Assembly (NCBI GenBank): GCA_965287045.1
Contig: OZ336880.1
Location: forward strand, 60,264,001 to 60,328,000
Reading direction: 5' to 3'
From: Carcharhinus amblyrhynchos
Taxonomy: Eukaryota
Length of the DNA: 64,000 bases
Below, piece by piece: positions 11,536-24,153 of this stretch. The notes under the pieces were generated by a model. The model searched no databases. It was not told the DNA's origin and was given only the letters and a program-made list of their open reading frames with translations. Numbering within the stretch: position 1 is the stretch's first letter; every line of letters begins with the position of its first letter. The position numbers were made by a program, and so were the translations under genes.

Positions 11536-12177
11536 GTGTCAGAAAAGCTGATGTGGACTAGCCATATAAATACTGTGGTGCCAAGAGCAGCTCAGAAGCT
11601 GGGAATTGTACAGAGAGTAACTCACCTTCTGACTCCCCAAAGCCTGTCCACCATCTGGCTAGCACAAGCCAGGAGTGTGAAGGAATACTATCCACTTGTC
11701 TGGATGAGAACAGATTCAACATCATTCAAGTAGCTCTACACCATCCAGGACTTGCAGCTCGCTTGATTGGTACCCCATCCACAAATATTCACTGTCTGCA
11801 TCACCAATGGAAAGTGGGAACAGTGTATGCCATCTACAAAATGCACTGCAGCAACTCAGCAGTGGTCTTTACACAGCATTTTTCAAACTCATGATTGACA
11901 CCATTTAGAAGGACATAGGCAGCAGGCACCTGAGAATGTCACCACCTGGCAGTTCCCTTCCAAGCCACTCACCCTCCTGACTTGAAAATATATCACTGTT
12001 CTCTTACTATTGCTGGGTTAAAATCCTGGAACTCCACTTCCAACAGCACTGTACCTGCACCACATGAACTGCAGTGGCCCAAGAAGGCAGCTCACCACCA
12101 CCTTCTCAAGGGCAATTAGGGATGGGCAATAAATGCTGGCTGCCTGCGGCACCCACATCCCATGAATGAATAAAAAC
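11536..12177 (+). mobile_element. L2/Crack-like non-LTR retrotransposon 3' fragment
   Basis: KLMWTSHINTVVPRAAQKLGIVQRVTHLLTPQSLSTIWLAQARSVKEY; tail aagggcaattagggatgggcaataaatgctggc...cccacatcccatgaatgaataaaaa. Confidence 0.8.
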
Positions 12178-12379
12178 AATTCTCCCATTTAGAGCAATCT
12201 GCCATTCTTAACCGGCCTTGCCTACATGTGATTCTAGGTTCACAGTAATAAGGGTTGACTCTTAACTGCCCCTTCTGAAATAGTCGAGTGAGCCAATATG
12301 TTCAAAGGCAATTAGAAATGGGCAACAGAAACTTGCCTTGCCAATGTTGTCCACATGCCATGAAAGAATTTTTAAAAAT

Positions 12380-13010
12380 ATTGCTGGATTTGTGGACAAT
12401 CTGCGGGTGGAAGACAGTCAATACTGGGGAGGACTGTGAGCAATTGTAAGAAAGTAGAACTGGGAACTAACTTTCATCATATATATAATTGTGGGAAATT
12501 AAAGTTGATAAGAAAAATATGGAGGCCATATATTACCTGGAAAATAAGAATCTAGATGGCATCAAGCAGCAGAGGGATACAGGAGTACATATGCGTAAGT
12601 TATTAAAAGTAATGGCTCAGGTTAATAAGATAATTAAAGGAGAATTTCACAGCAATTTTATTGCAGTGTTAATGTAAGCCTTATTTGTGACTAATAAATA
12701 AACTCTAAATAAAAATTAATGAAACAAATGCAAAACAAGCACTAGGATTTATTTCTAGAGAGATATAATTGAAAAATAGATAAATTATGCTAAACTTGCA
12801 AAGAACCTTGGTTAGACTTTGCTTGGAGTCACGTGTAAAGTATCACCAAATGCTGACAAGGATATAGAGCAACAAGGATGAAACCAAAAGTTTCACCTAT
12901 TAGCGGTGGATGAACATGCTGGGTTTCGTTTTTCTTGAAAGGAGAAGGCTGAGGGCTGACCTCATAGACTTCTTTAAAACAATGAAAGATTTTGATGGAA
13001 TAGACGCAAA
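12380..13010 (+). mobile_element. Highly decayed CR1 LINE fragment
   Basis: LERRRLRADLIDFFKTMKDFDGID; contains a SINE tail at about 12645-12710. Confidence 0.7.
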
Positions 13011-13409
13011 GATAATGGAGGAATTTTCCCAGGAAATGGGGGAGACGGGTTTACATGTACACAGGGAGTTGACATTGACATGGGTCAGAATCGTGTCATC
13101 AACTTGCCCTTTGGATCTGTCCGATAAATTATTATGGGAACAAAACAACAAATTAAGAACTGTTTCAACCCTTGTTGCCTTGGAACCTGCTCCTAACCTG
13201 CCAGCAATTGTCAGTGTCACTGAGGCAAGTGCAGAGCGCAAAGAACTTCTTCAGTAAAACTGACAAGCTGGAAAGTCTTTGATCTGTTACACCAAAGAGC
13301 TCCAGCCAAGGCCATTAAGAGACTGTTGTTCTTAGCACTTCTGTCAAGAAGTGCCTTCACTGCTTGTCAGGCGATTGCTAACTTGTTGGAAGTCACTTCA
13401 TCTGTCTTG

Positions 13410-13835
13410 TATTTTCACTCAGTTTCAACTACACTTCCTTGCCCACCCCTCCTCCCACCATGGCATGGGTGCAGTTTCTGCAGCTCCACCTCCCACCTCT
13501 GATGAGGAACAAGAGCAGAAGATATATGAAAACCAACAATGTCAGCAGCAGCTGGAGCAACACCACATGCCCCTCCACAGGGCAGAAGAGGTGGAGACGT
13601 TGATGCAGTTGGAAGGAAGGGAGACCCCAATACTGGGTCTACATGTGATTCTAGATCCACAAAACATGGGCAGAGGTTCAGGAATCTCAGCATGTTGCTG
13701 CACCTCAGAAAGACTAGGATATCATGGTCAGTTACTGCTGACACCTGCAGCTTCCTGGAACAAGACCTCCTTCCCAGTAGAACAAGTGGGCTTGCATTGC
13801 CAGTGGCCGACAAAGTATCTGCCACTGTGGTGGCA
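13410..13835 (+). mobile_element. PIF/Harbinger transposase N-terminal remnant
   Basis: HLRKTRISWSVTADTCSFLEQDLLPSRTSGLALPVADKVSATV resembles the HARBI1-like helix-turn-helix region (LPVAVKVTAAL). Confidence 0.7.
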
Positions 13836-14159
13836 CTACCTTTCCCCACCACCTGGATCTCCACCTCTCTCTGTCTTCAGAAGCAGAGAAAGCGGGGTGG
13901 TGTGAGTGCTTGTAATGAGATGTGTGAAGAGAACGGATGGACACCATTTGTGGAGAGTGAGTCTGAGGCAAAGGTATGAGAAGGCAATAGGACAAAGGGG
14001 AGGATGAGTGTTGGCTGTTCAGATGGCAATGTGAGGTGTTTGGAGGGAGAGGAATGAGGGAAGCTGTAAGATATGTTTTGAGGAGTACTGTGCAGGCAAA
14101 TACTGGGAAAGTCCGAATGTGGGGGTTGCTACCTGACAGTGTTACTCCAATCACCTTTC

Positions 14160-14400
14160 CTGCCCTCCAGGATCATCTTGGTGCACTTTCTCCAGGTTGA
14201 AGGGACCGCATTCCAGGTGTGGTCCTCCTCAGCCATTTCCATCCATACTTACTTGGTTGCAGTCTTGTCCACTTTCTCCCATCCTTGGGAGAGCTCATCC
14301 TACTGTAGCCCCTCTTGTCCAACAACAGGACCTCCTGGTAAGACTGAGAGATCCAGGGAGCAGCCTTCCCAGATCCGCTTTCCATTCCTGTGGTTGCATC
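14160..14400 (-). mobile_element. Harbinger Myb/SANT-like gene remnant, convergent with the transposase remnant
   Basis: GKAAPWISQSYQEVLL...PKDGRK; in a shifted frame WMEMAEE...NAVPSTWRKCTKMI, a trihelix-type motif. Confidence 0.65.
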
Positions 14401-14589
14401 AGCCTCATCCAGCTGCTGGTGAGCTATTGTAATCCCTACCATGGTCTCTTTAATTACAGTCCCTTCCTTTGAAAGAATTGACATGTCATCCTACCACTAT
14501 CCCCATTTGATCAATTTTCCACAACCTGGAAGTGAAATGCCAATACTGTGACTATATTAAAGAACTAAGGTCTGACTGGAATGGGTGTG

Positions 14590-14915
14590 CTATATCAGCA
14601 GGGACAAATCCCAAAAGATTACCCCCAGTGTTTCCACTTGTGGGGAAGGGCAGAACTAGGGGCCATCAATGTAGGTCACTAAAAATATCAAATGAGAAGC
14701 ATTTTTATCCAGGAAGTAGTGAAGTTGAGGTGAATAGTACAGTCGCATTTAAGCACAAGATGAATACACATATGAGAAAGGAAGAGAGCCTTATGCTGTT
14801 AAGAGTTAGATCAGAAGCAATGGGAGGGAGCTCAAGTGTAGCATAAACATGTAGCATGGATTAAATGGGTTGACTGGCCTGTTTCTGAGCTGCAGAATTC
14901 TGTATAATTATATGA
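14590..14915 (+). mobile_element. Decayed CR1 3' fragment
   Basis: FPLVGKGRTRGHQ; 3' end gggttgactggcctgtttctgagctg. Confidence 0.6.
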
Positions 14916-15885
14916 ATAATCAGTATGTATTTAACTAAATTTAGCCTTTTAGCACAAGGTTTGCTGTGGTAGATTAAAATAAACCTGAACAATTAATAGC
15001 TGAAAAAATATGACTGTCTTGACTTTACACCTGGCATTAATACCTCTACAGGTATCCTGTTTTTAGAATTGTTTAGATATAGTACGTGGCAAAGCAATCC
15101 AAAACCTTTGCGATTTAAAACCTGGCTGCAGTGTAAAATGAACTTTCAATTTGTTATGTGCCACTTTCACACAATTGGTAAATCTAATTTTAATCCCTGC
15201 ATGTGGGCAACAGGATTTTATTTGCTCAGCTAATATAACATATTGCTCAAGAAAGAAAGCAACATCAATATCGTGGCATCAGTACAACTGCTAAACTGAA
15301 ACATAAAAGATCAGCATGAGTCACCCATATCCAGATGAAAAGGATGAGTCTCTGCCAAGATCTTGGTTTCATTTTGGAGAGCCTCAACCACAAATTAAAT
15401 TTAATAAGCTCAAATCACCAATCCAAAATCTACAGTTGAATCACCAACCCTTCTGAGTGTTGGAGCTTGTGAATTGCATCCCTTGAATCAGTTCTGGATC
15501 AGAATGAACAAGGATGCAATGTGATGCAGCTCCAATGAGCTTAATCTTAAAGGATCAATTAAACAGTGAAGACCTAGAAATGTCCCATATTTGATCCCTG
15601 ATATCTGCTGGATTCGCTGGTTTCAGTTGGAGAAGGTGTAAGGAGATTTTATTAACCAATCTGATCCTCAAAGAGGGAGAGGAAAAATGGTCAAGATTCT
15701 TGTTAGTGATTGCTACTGATGATATACACTAGAATTATGAGTGAGGTTGTCATTGTTTTCCCAATGCCTTTAGTGTTAAAATGGCCTCAGTCTTCGGCTC
15801 ACATAGAATTTAGGTGTTAACATTGGCTTAGTTTTGGCACTGTCAGAGTCAGAAGGTCGAGGCATCAAATCTCACTTCATGACTT

Positions 15886-17055
15886 AGAGTCATAGAGGTT
15901 TACAGCATGGAAACAGGCTCTTCAGCCTAACTTGTCCATGCTGCCCCTTTTTTTTTAACCACTAAGCTAGGCCCAATTGCTTACCTTTGGCCCATATCCC
16001 TCCATACCCATCTGACTCATGTAATTGTCTAAATGCTTTTTAAAAGACAAAATTGTACCCTCCTCTACTACTACTTCTGGCAGCATGTTCCAGACATTCA
16101 CCACCCTCAGTGTGAAAAAATTGCCCCTCTGGGCTCTTTTGTATCTCTCCCCTCTCACCTTAAACCTATGCCTTCTAGTTTTAGACTCCCCTACCTTTGG
16201 GAAAAGATATTGACTATCTAGCTGATCTATTCCCCTCATTATTTTATAAACCTCTATAAGATCACCCCTAAGACTTGTACGCTCTAGAGAAAAAGTCCCA
16301 GTCTATCCAACCTTTCCTTATAACTCAAACCATCAGGTCCCAGTAAATCTTTTCTGCACTCTTTCTAGTTTAATAATATCCTTCCTATAATATGGTGACT
16401 AGAACTGTACATTCTAAGTGTGGCCTTACCAATGTCTTGTATAACTTCAACAAGACGTCCCAATTCCTGTATTCAATGTTCTGACTCATGAAACCAAGCA
16501 CGCTGCTCTGTCCGCCTGTGACTCCACTTTCAAGGAGTTGTGAACCTGTACCCTGAGACCTCTTTGTTCTATAGCTCTCTCCAATGCCCTATCATGAACT
16601 GAGTAAGTCCTGCACTGGTTCGGTCTACTAAAACGCACCACCTTGCATTACCTAAATTAAACTCCATCTGCCATTCCTCAGTGGACTGGCCCAATTGATC
16701 AAGATCCCATTGCAATTCCAGATAACCTTCTTCACTGTCCATTACGCCACCAATTTTGGTGTCATCTTCAAACTTACTAACCATGCCTCCTAAATTCTTA
16801 TCCAAATCATTAATATAAATGACAAACAATAGTGGACCCCACACTGATCCCTGAGGCACACCACTGGTCACAGGCCTCCAGTTTGAATAACAACGCTCTA
16901 TAACTACTCTCTGTCTTCTGTCATGAAGCCAATTTTGTATCCATTTGGCTACCGTACCCTGGATCCTGTGATATTTAACCTTATGCAACAGCCTACCATG
17001 TGGTACCTTGTCAAAGGCATTGCTAAAATCCATGAAGAAAACACCAACTGCACAA
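15886..17055 (-). mobile_element. CR1 LINE, 5'-truncated RT region, inserted into a Deu-SINE
   Basis: DFSNAFDKVPH...[23 protein letters not shown]...KFEDDTKIGG; tail agagtcatagagg. Confidence 0.93.
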
Positions 17056-17430
17056 GACTTGAGCAAATAGTCTTGGCTGTCACTCCAGTTCACACTGAGC
17101 CAGTGTTACGTTTCTGAGGTACTGTCTTTTGGATGCTAAACTGAACTAGATGCCTATCTGCCTCAGGTGCATGTAAAACAGCCTTAAGGCACAAACTGAA
17201 GGAGAGCAGGAGAGTTTTCCCAGTGCAGGTATTCTCCAACCATCAGTATTAAAACAATTTATATTGGTTATTGCTGTTTATTGGAGGGACTTGGAGTGCA
17301 CAGATTAGCTGCTTTATTTATTTTTGTTGCACAGGTGCCATATTTTAAAATCAATTTATTGGCAGTGAAACATTTTTGGATGTCCTGATGCAATGAAAGG
17401 CACTGTATAAATTCAAGTTCTTCCTTTGTT
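17056..17430 (+). mobile_element. Deu-domain SINE body and tail (head at about 15825-15885)
   Basis: gaggtactgtctttttggatg...caggtgcatgtaaaacag...ggagagcaggagagttttcccagtg...gaaaggcactgtataaattcaagttc. Confidence 0.75.
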
Positions 17431-17511
17431 TCTTTTCAACTGATTTAAGGCCTTCAAAAGTGCTGGGGCATGTCTGGAAACCTTTGAATTGTACTCCTGC
17501 AAGGAGTTAAT

Positions 17512-17646
17512 GGTTGGTATTCTCTGGCTGTTCATGCCCTGCTGCCACTGCCAGCGAGAATGGAGAATTTGGCACTCAGCCAAATCTCCATTCACTGCAA
17601 TGGGACTGGAGAATCCTAGCTGTGGGCGAAGTCAGAGAATCCAGCC
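17512..17646. mobile_element. 135-bp MITE, same family as 55610-55745
   Basis: Shared interior ttcatgccctgc...ggagaatttggcactcagcca...gggactggagaatcc; flanks AAT/AGT. Confidence 0.8.
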
Positions 17647-17821
17647 AGTATCTTCAGGAGAGGGAGTTGGGGGGGGGGGGGGGGGGGGGGGCGGGGGTAG
17701 CGTGGCGGTGCACGGTGGTTGCACTGGGGTAAGGAATCTAGTCGAAAATTGGGAAAAAAAATCATCTCGGTCAGATGGTTCCTTAATGTTTACTTTTGCA
17801 GTTGCCTTTCTTCTCTCTTTT

Positions 17822-17970
17822 TCATAGATTATTATAGAATTCCTACAGTGCAGAAGGAGTCCATTTGGCCCATCGGGTCTGCACTGACAACAACCCCACC
17901 CAAGCTCTATCCCCGTAACCCCACATATTTACCCTGCTAATCACTCTAATCTACGCATCCTGGGACATCT
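17822..17970 (-). mobile_element. HE1 SINE 3' fragment
   Basis: atagaattcctacagtgcagaaggagtccatttggcccatcgg. Confidence 0.8.
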
Positions 17971-18397
17971 CTTCTATCTTACATAAAACTGATAAAAATT
18001 TGTGCAACCCATTCATAATAGAAGTGTCTCTAATAGCTTTATTCTGCAACAATAATTTGATTCCAGTCATTTAAAAAAAAACTTTAGACTGTTGTATTCA
18101 TAGAATTAAATAAATTGTCAAACATCAGAATGGTCTCATCATTTAATTTTAAAAAAATCATTGAAATGCATTTCTGTTATCACTTAGCAATGCACAAGAT
18201 TTATGTTGGCCACTTTGCTTTCGGTGTTAGCTGCTTAAGTTTCCTCCCAGAACTATATGGGGTAGGTTATGAGAAATAAAACCATTCCCCAGGGTTCTGG
18301 GGGGGCTTGTGTGGAGAGAAAAATAGAAACCTTTTGCAGTTGGAATCACAAATACTAGAATGTCTCAGTGTGTCGCAGCAAGAATCGGGGAACTGCT

Positions 18398-18775
18398 GAC
18401 GTAGTGCTGCTGTCATTGGACTAAGTAATCCAGGGCAATAATCTGGTAACCCAGGTTCAAATCCCAGCCACACAGCAGATGTTGAAATTTGAATTCAATA
18501 AAAATTTGGGAATTAAAAGTCTACCGATGACCATGAAACCATTGTCGATTGTCATAAAACCCATCTGATTCACTGATATCCCTTTAGGGAAGGAAATCTG
18601 CCATCCTTACCTGGCCTGATCTGCCTGTGACTTCCGGTCCACAGCACAGTGGTTGCCTCTTAAATGCCCTCTGACATGGCCCAACAAAGCACTCAGGTCA
18701 GGGGCAGTTAGCAATGGGCAATAATTGCTGGCCCAGCCAGAAACACCCACGTCCCATGAACATATAAAAAATAAA
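18398..18775 (+). mobile_element. Near full-length tRNA-derived SINE with L2/Crack-like tail
   Basis: B box ggttcaaatccc; core ccctttagggaaggaaatctgccatccttacctgg; tail gggcaataattgctggcccagccagaaacacccacgtcccatgaa. Confidence 0.8.
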
Positions 18776-19484
18776 GAATCTCTCCCTGAGATTCTCAGTT
18801 ATATTCTTGACTTTTTTACTGGCTGAAAGAATGACTAGAAAGGAATAACAACATCCAGATGAGATTGATTGAGGGCAAGAAGATCGATAAGATGATAGTT
18901 TATTTGGTACAGAAGGAGGTAATACTTGATTCCAGCATTTTAACATAGTTTAATGGGAAATTGTTATAAATAGTGAAAATGTACTGTTTAGTACTGTCCA
19001 TCCTTGTAAAGTGTGGCTGGCTCCTTTCACCAGGTGATGCCATTCAAATCTTTTGCATCGCAGCATTCCCACATATGGGATTGCTCATGCTGGATACCTT
19101 GATTACCTCCATCTACTGCCTCTACATTGCTTTCCCAAGGACTGCTCTGTACTCCTAGTTACCGGACAGTTGAAAATGCTGCAGCCCTTTAATTCCTGCA
19201 GCACATTAGCTCCCACCTCTCGGTAGGCCCAATGGACAATTCTGTTCTATGGGAGGCTGGCTCCATTCAGTTTAATATGTCTAGGATATTTTTAGGTGAT
19301 AAAATCTTGAGCACTAAACGAAAATATATTGTGGGTCTAAAAAATAAGTGTCTCCGGCTTAGAAATGCCGAGTCAGTCAAACCGTAACAATTTTGATAAG
19401 AATACAGAACAGTTTATAAAACTTTGCTTTTGTAAGCAATATTGATTCAACTTCATTGATTTTTAGTATGGCAACAGAGATTCT

Positions 19485-20300
19485 GGGCAGGAATTTTACA
19501 AGAAGAATTCTAAGTGTCTAGCTAGTGTGAAAATAGGAGAGTTGCAGATCTGTTCTTTGGTTGAGCTTTTACTCCCAATCTTATGCACATAATGCGTGGA
19601 AAAATGGGCTAGACTGTTTCTAGCTATTAGAAGCAGAGGATGGGGCTAAACTCAGCAGCCAGCTTCTTCACCCAGCAGATGGAGCTATTGTGCATGTGCA
19701 GACCTCTGTTTCTGGACATGTGCAATTCCAATAGCAAAGGCTTGAAAGAGAGAGAGAGAGCTGTCAGGCCTCTGCTATTGCAGCCAGCCTCAACCCAACA
19801 CCCAACCCCACCCCCCATCTCTGACCCCAACCCTACCCCCAAACCTCTGGCAATGCAGGGACCTGTAACTGATCATGAGCCTCACACTACCCAAAAATAT
19901 TGCCCACCATCCCCCCTCCCCGCTGCGCAGACTGATTGCACATCCTCCCGCCTGATCTGATGCAGAGTGTGCAGCATGATCTCCTCCCTCCCCCAGTGAT
20001 CACATGCATAGTGTGCAGCGGGCCTCCCCCTCCCTGATTGGGCCACCCTAGCTGGTCCCCACACTTTCCAGGCCCTGCTGCCATAGGCCCTGCCCCGTCA
20101 GGATCCACCCCTACATGGGCCCCACCTATTCAGGACCCATCTTCTGTCACTGCCGAGGGGGCATTGCCAAGATGCCTGGCTGACAGTGACAAAGTGCCAG
20201 GCAAGCACTGCCCAAGTGGCACATTTCCCTTGTCCTAGGCCTCCCCAGAGGCCTCAATGGCGTGGTGACCAGCTTGGAGAGTGGGTGAGGAGCCGTTAAG
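19485..20300 (+). mobile_element. Long non-autonomous Harbinger-type element with C-rich interior (right end uncertain)
   Basis: Starts GGGCAGGAATTTTAC...AATTCTAAGTGTC, a subterminal motif shared with 30585, 57370 and 61822; an inverted relative lies at about 53095-53810. Confidence 0.6.
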
Positions 20301-21959
20301 AATGGATCTCCAACATTTGTCCACTGTTTGGCAAACTTTCCAGGGCAGGCCAGCAACGGGATTGGGAATGCTCAGGACAGGTGTGGACAGACTACTGGGG
20401 CTGTCAAGCAGCCAACTGAGGGTGAATTTGCTGTGTCTTTTGGTTGCTGAAGCATTACTGGCTCATTTGCTCAAAGGAGGCGAGAGCTGAGTGGCTGAGT
20501 TGACTGGATGTGGCATCGATGAAATACAGTGGCGTTGTTAATCAGCAGACCGAGGCTCAGATAGGAGACTGTTTGTACATTTAGAGGGAATGCAGAATGA
20601 GATCATAGCAAAGGGCAGTTTGTCGGTGCACTGAGTGCAGGCAGCACTGGGAGAGGCTATGTCAGTTTCATTTTACACCCCTGATAATGATTAATTTCAC
20701 CAACATTTATTCTTTAAAAGAAGGATGGGAATGGACCATGAGTAAGCAAAGGAAGCTGAGCTTAAAAAGATCAGGAGGTTCTACGTTATATCCCTGCAAT
20801 CACTGCCACAATTTACGAATTTTTAATTGGGTTTCTTGCATGCAGTTAATGGCCAAAACACAAACTCAATTTAAGGGCAAAAGTGCAGAATATGGGAGTA
20901 CCCATATGTAAAAATAACTTACAGAAGGATTGGATGATGTAAGCACACTGTCTTTTCAACTGGAAACTTTAGTTGATTCCAGCCCTGAAAAATGGGATGA
21001 AGGTTTTCTTTATGTGCCAGTTGTAAGGATCCTCCATGACATAAATGGGTGCAGACACAAAACTGCCTTTATTTTAGCATTGGTAGAACACTTTTCAAGG
21101 TTTACAGGCTGATAGTGAAATACAAAATGTTTTATTAATACACCAAGAGTGTGTTTTTCAGAGGTTGTGATGAGTGCATGTTATTGCAGGAAGGTGTTGT
21201 GAAGGATTGATGGTGACCCTGAGGACTTGATTCTTAGTCCCCACTGAGGTTGAGACCAGAGGCAGGGATGAACCATTTTTGCAGAGATAGGACAGGCAGA
21301 TCTGAGGATCAGATCCAAGTAATGAAGGGATTTGCTAGTTGGCCTCCCTGTTACTATAGGCAGCAGGAGTCAGCTTAACTGCCTGGAGGTTGCTCCGAAT
21401 AACAGACAGGGGTGCCATAGAACAGGCCTGGACACACACGCTCTCTCCCTTCCTCCCTGCCTGCCTGGCTGGGTGGAACAGCAGCTGAAGGCTGCCCTGT
21501 AAATGATCCCATCCTAGCCGCTCAGTGGGATTAAACAGACAGATCTACTTTATGGATTTAGCTATCATTTACAAAAACACAATTCCTCCACACATACACA
21601 ACTGATGACATGCTGCTTTACATCCTGGTTACTTGCTAATTTTAATATCCTTTAAAATGAAACCACATTGGGGGCCTGGCTGAAAAAGCCATTTCTTTGT
21701 TTAGAAAGATTTGACGAGAGGGCACCTTCTCCCTCACCTTCCTGTCCATTCTGCTGCTCCTTTGATGCAAAAGGGCTCCTGAATTGTTCTTCTAGCTGAG
21801 AGACAGCCCTCACTCCACCGCTCCCCTCCCCCCCAACCCCACCTCCACCATCGTTAGGTTGAACAGCGAGGCCACCCTGGTATCAGTTGATCGTTCTGGG
21901 AAAAATTATAATGAATGCCTGTTCTCCATGCAGTGCAGCCTTCTGATCCATGTTCTGAC

Positions 21960-22140
21960 AATAGTCCAAAGATGTGCAGGTTTGGTGGAATGGCCGTGCT
22001 AAGTTGCCCCTTTGTGTCAGGGGAACCAGCTAGGGTAAATGCATGGGGTTATGAAGATAGATCCTGGGTGTCACGGTGGTCGATGCAGACACAGTGTGTA
22101 GAATGCCCTCCTTCTGCAGTGTAGGATTCTATGATTCTAA
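21960..22140 (+). mobile_element. HE1 SINE 3' half
   Basis: gtccaaagatgtgcaggtttggtggaatggccgtgctaagttgcccc...gtaggattctatgattct. Confidence 0.85.
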
Positions 22141-23224
22141 AGAAGAAAACGATAGTTATTTTCTCAATTACTATACATAGATCAATCAGACGTTATTGTA
22201 CACCTCACACACTTCAGTTATGTTCTAATTTTCTACAGTTCTACCACTGATTCCTGTATCTTCACGTGTATTTTACTTTTCTTCTAACTTTTAGTGGCCT
22301 GATTTATATGCTGAACAATTTTAATGTAGACACAGACACACACAATCATACATATATAAATAATACTGGGATATTGTTGCCCAGTTATAACTTCAGAACT
22401 ACATAAGGTATCACAACACACTGATCTTTAATCTCAATGCTAGGGATTTATCACCTATATTTATTTCATTTCCTCGGGTGATTAAATGCACAGAGGTCAT
22501 GCAAAGTTTATTACAATTATGTAGATTAGACGTTATTTGCCGAAACTAGGATGTGCGTGAGTTTTTTTTTACAATTGCAGAGACAATTTTGAAGTGAAAA
22601 TCAGTCTAATATCTAGTTTTTACCTGTAATAAATCACGACTCATTTAAGCTAGGCTCCTCAACATAATATTTAAGCTTCCCTTATCATGCAACAGCATAT
22701 TTTCTGTATTTGTTTTGTTGAAAGGGATTTGACTTTCCCATCCTTTATTAGTTATTCCACCCACAGAACTCCTTGCTGCTTTAAGTTACAATTTATTCTC
22801 TATTTACTCTGCCTGTGCAGTTCTAGGTGCTGACAAATTCAGTGCAAGTATTCTCTCTCTTTTGTCTCATTTTTTATTTAATTTCTAGGTTTAGCCGAAA
22901 AGGTCTAAAATTAAGCAAGTACTTGGTGCTATAGAATTATCGATAAAGCAGTTTCTTCAGTGATGTTTCTGTAGAAAAGAAATGCATATTTAAAAGCTTC
23001 ACACTAATTACAAGGTTGTCCCTTGTGGTTGAATGTTTGTATATATTTCAATATTTGATGCATTTTGCCTGACTGGTTTCTTGAAGTTAAATTTGTAGTT
23101 TCAGCTTTGCCTCACTCACTTATTACATTGTGGAGTTTCTTAATTGCCCTATGTGAAAATATTCTGTCTAGTACCACTCCTAATTGACATAGGACTGACA
23201 ATTGAAAAGATTAATCTGTTTCGT

Positions 23225-23395
23225 CAATGTCCTTTAGGGAAGGAAATCTGCCATCCTTACCTGGTCTGGCCTACATGTGACTCCAGAGCCACAGCAATAT
23301 GGTTGACTCTCAACTGCCCTCAGGCAACTGGGAATGGGCAATAAAATACTGGCCAACCAGCGAAGCCCATGTCCCACGAATGAATAAAGAAAATA
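23225..23395 (+). mobile_element. 3' half of the SINE with L2/Crack-like tail
   Basis: tgtcctttagggaaggaaatctgccatccttacctggtctggcctacatgtgactccag...cccatgtcccacgaatgaataaa. Confidence 0.8.
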
Positions 23396-23511
23396 GTAAT
23401 TTAATGAAAAGTCGTTTTCTGAAATTAATAAAATGTTCAGCATGAAAAAAATTAATCTCAATTGAACTGAACAGAACAAATGTGAGCTAAGTCTGACAAT
23501 TTTAAATTGTT

Positions 23512-24153
23512 AATTTTAGCATGGCCAATCCACCTAACCTGTACATCTTTAGACTGTGGGAGGAAACTGGAGCACCCGGAGGAAATCCACACAGACAGAG
23601 GGGGAACGTGCAAATTCCACACAGACAGTCATCCGAGGCTGGAATAGAACCTAGGTCCCTGGTGCTGTGAGGCAGTAGTGCTAACCATTATGCCACCATG
23701 ATGCCCAACTGTGTTCTTGTATGGATTGAATCTATAATTCAGAAAAAAGCCATTTGGCCCAACCAGTCTGTGCTGGTATTTGTGTTTCATCAGGGCTTCA
23801 TTTTTTTAATTCTTTCACGGGCTGTTGATGCCACTGGCATGGATGGCATCACACGTACCTGCCTCCCATTCATTGACTGTGTCTATACTTCCCATTGCCT
23901 CGGAAAAGCAGCTAACATAATTAAGGACCCCATGCACCCTGGACATGCTCTCTCCCCCCTCCTTCCGTCAGGAAAAAGATACAAAAGTCCAACTCAAAAA
24001 ACAGCTTCTTCCCTGCTGTCATCAGACTTTTGATTAGGCTTACTTTGTGCTAAGTTGACCTTTCTCTAACCCTTGCTATGACTGTAACACTGCATTCTGT
24101 ACTCACCCAATCAATATATCTTCTATTCTTCTCTCCCTCAACTTGACTTCAGT
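23512..24153. repeat. Local duplication copy 1 (HE1 SINE on - strand, linker, Rex1-type LINE 3' fragment on + strand)
   Basis: Colinear with 26930-27561, including junctions. Confidence 0.9.

Noticed and set aside
17669-17697. Poly-G run giving poly-Gly ORFs
   Set aside because: A simple homopolymer whose length may be a sequencing artefact.
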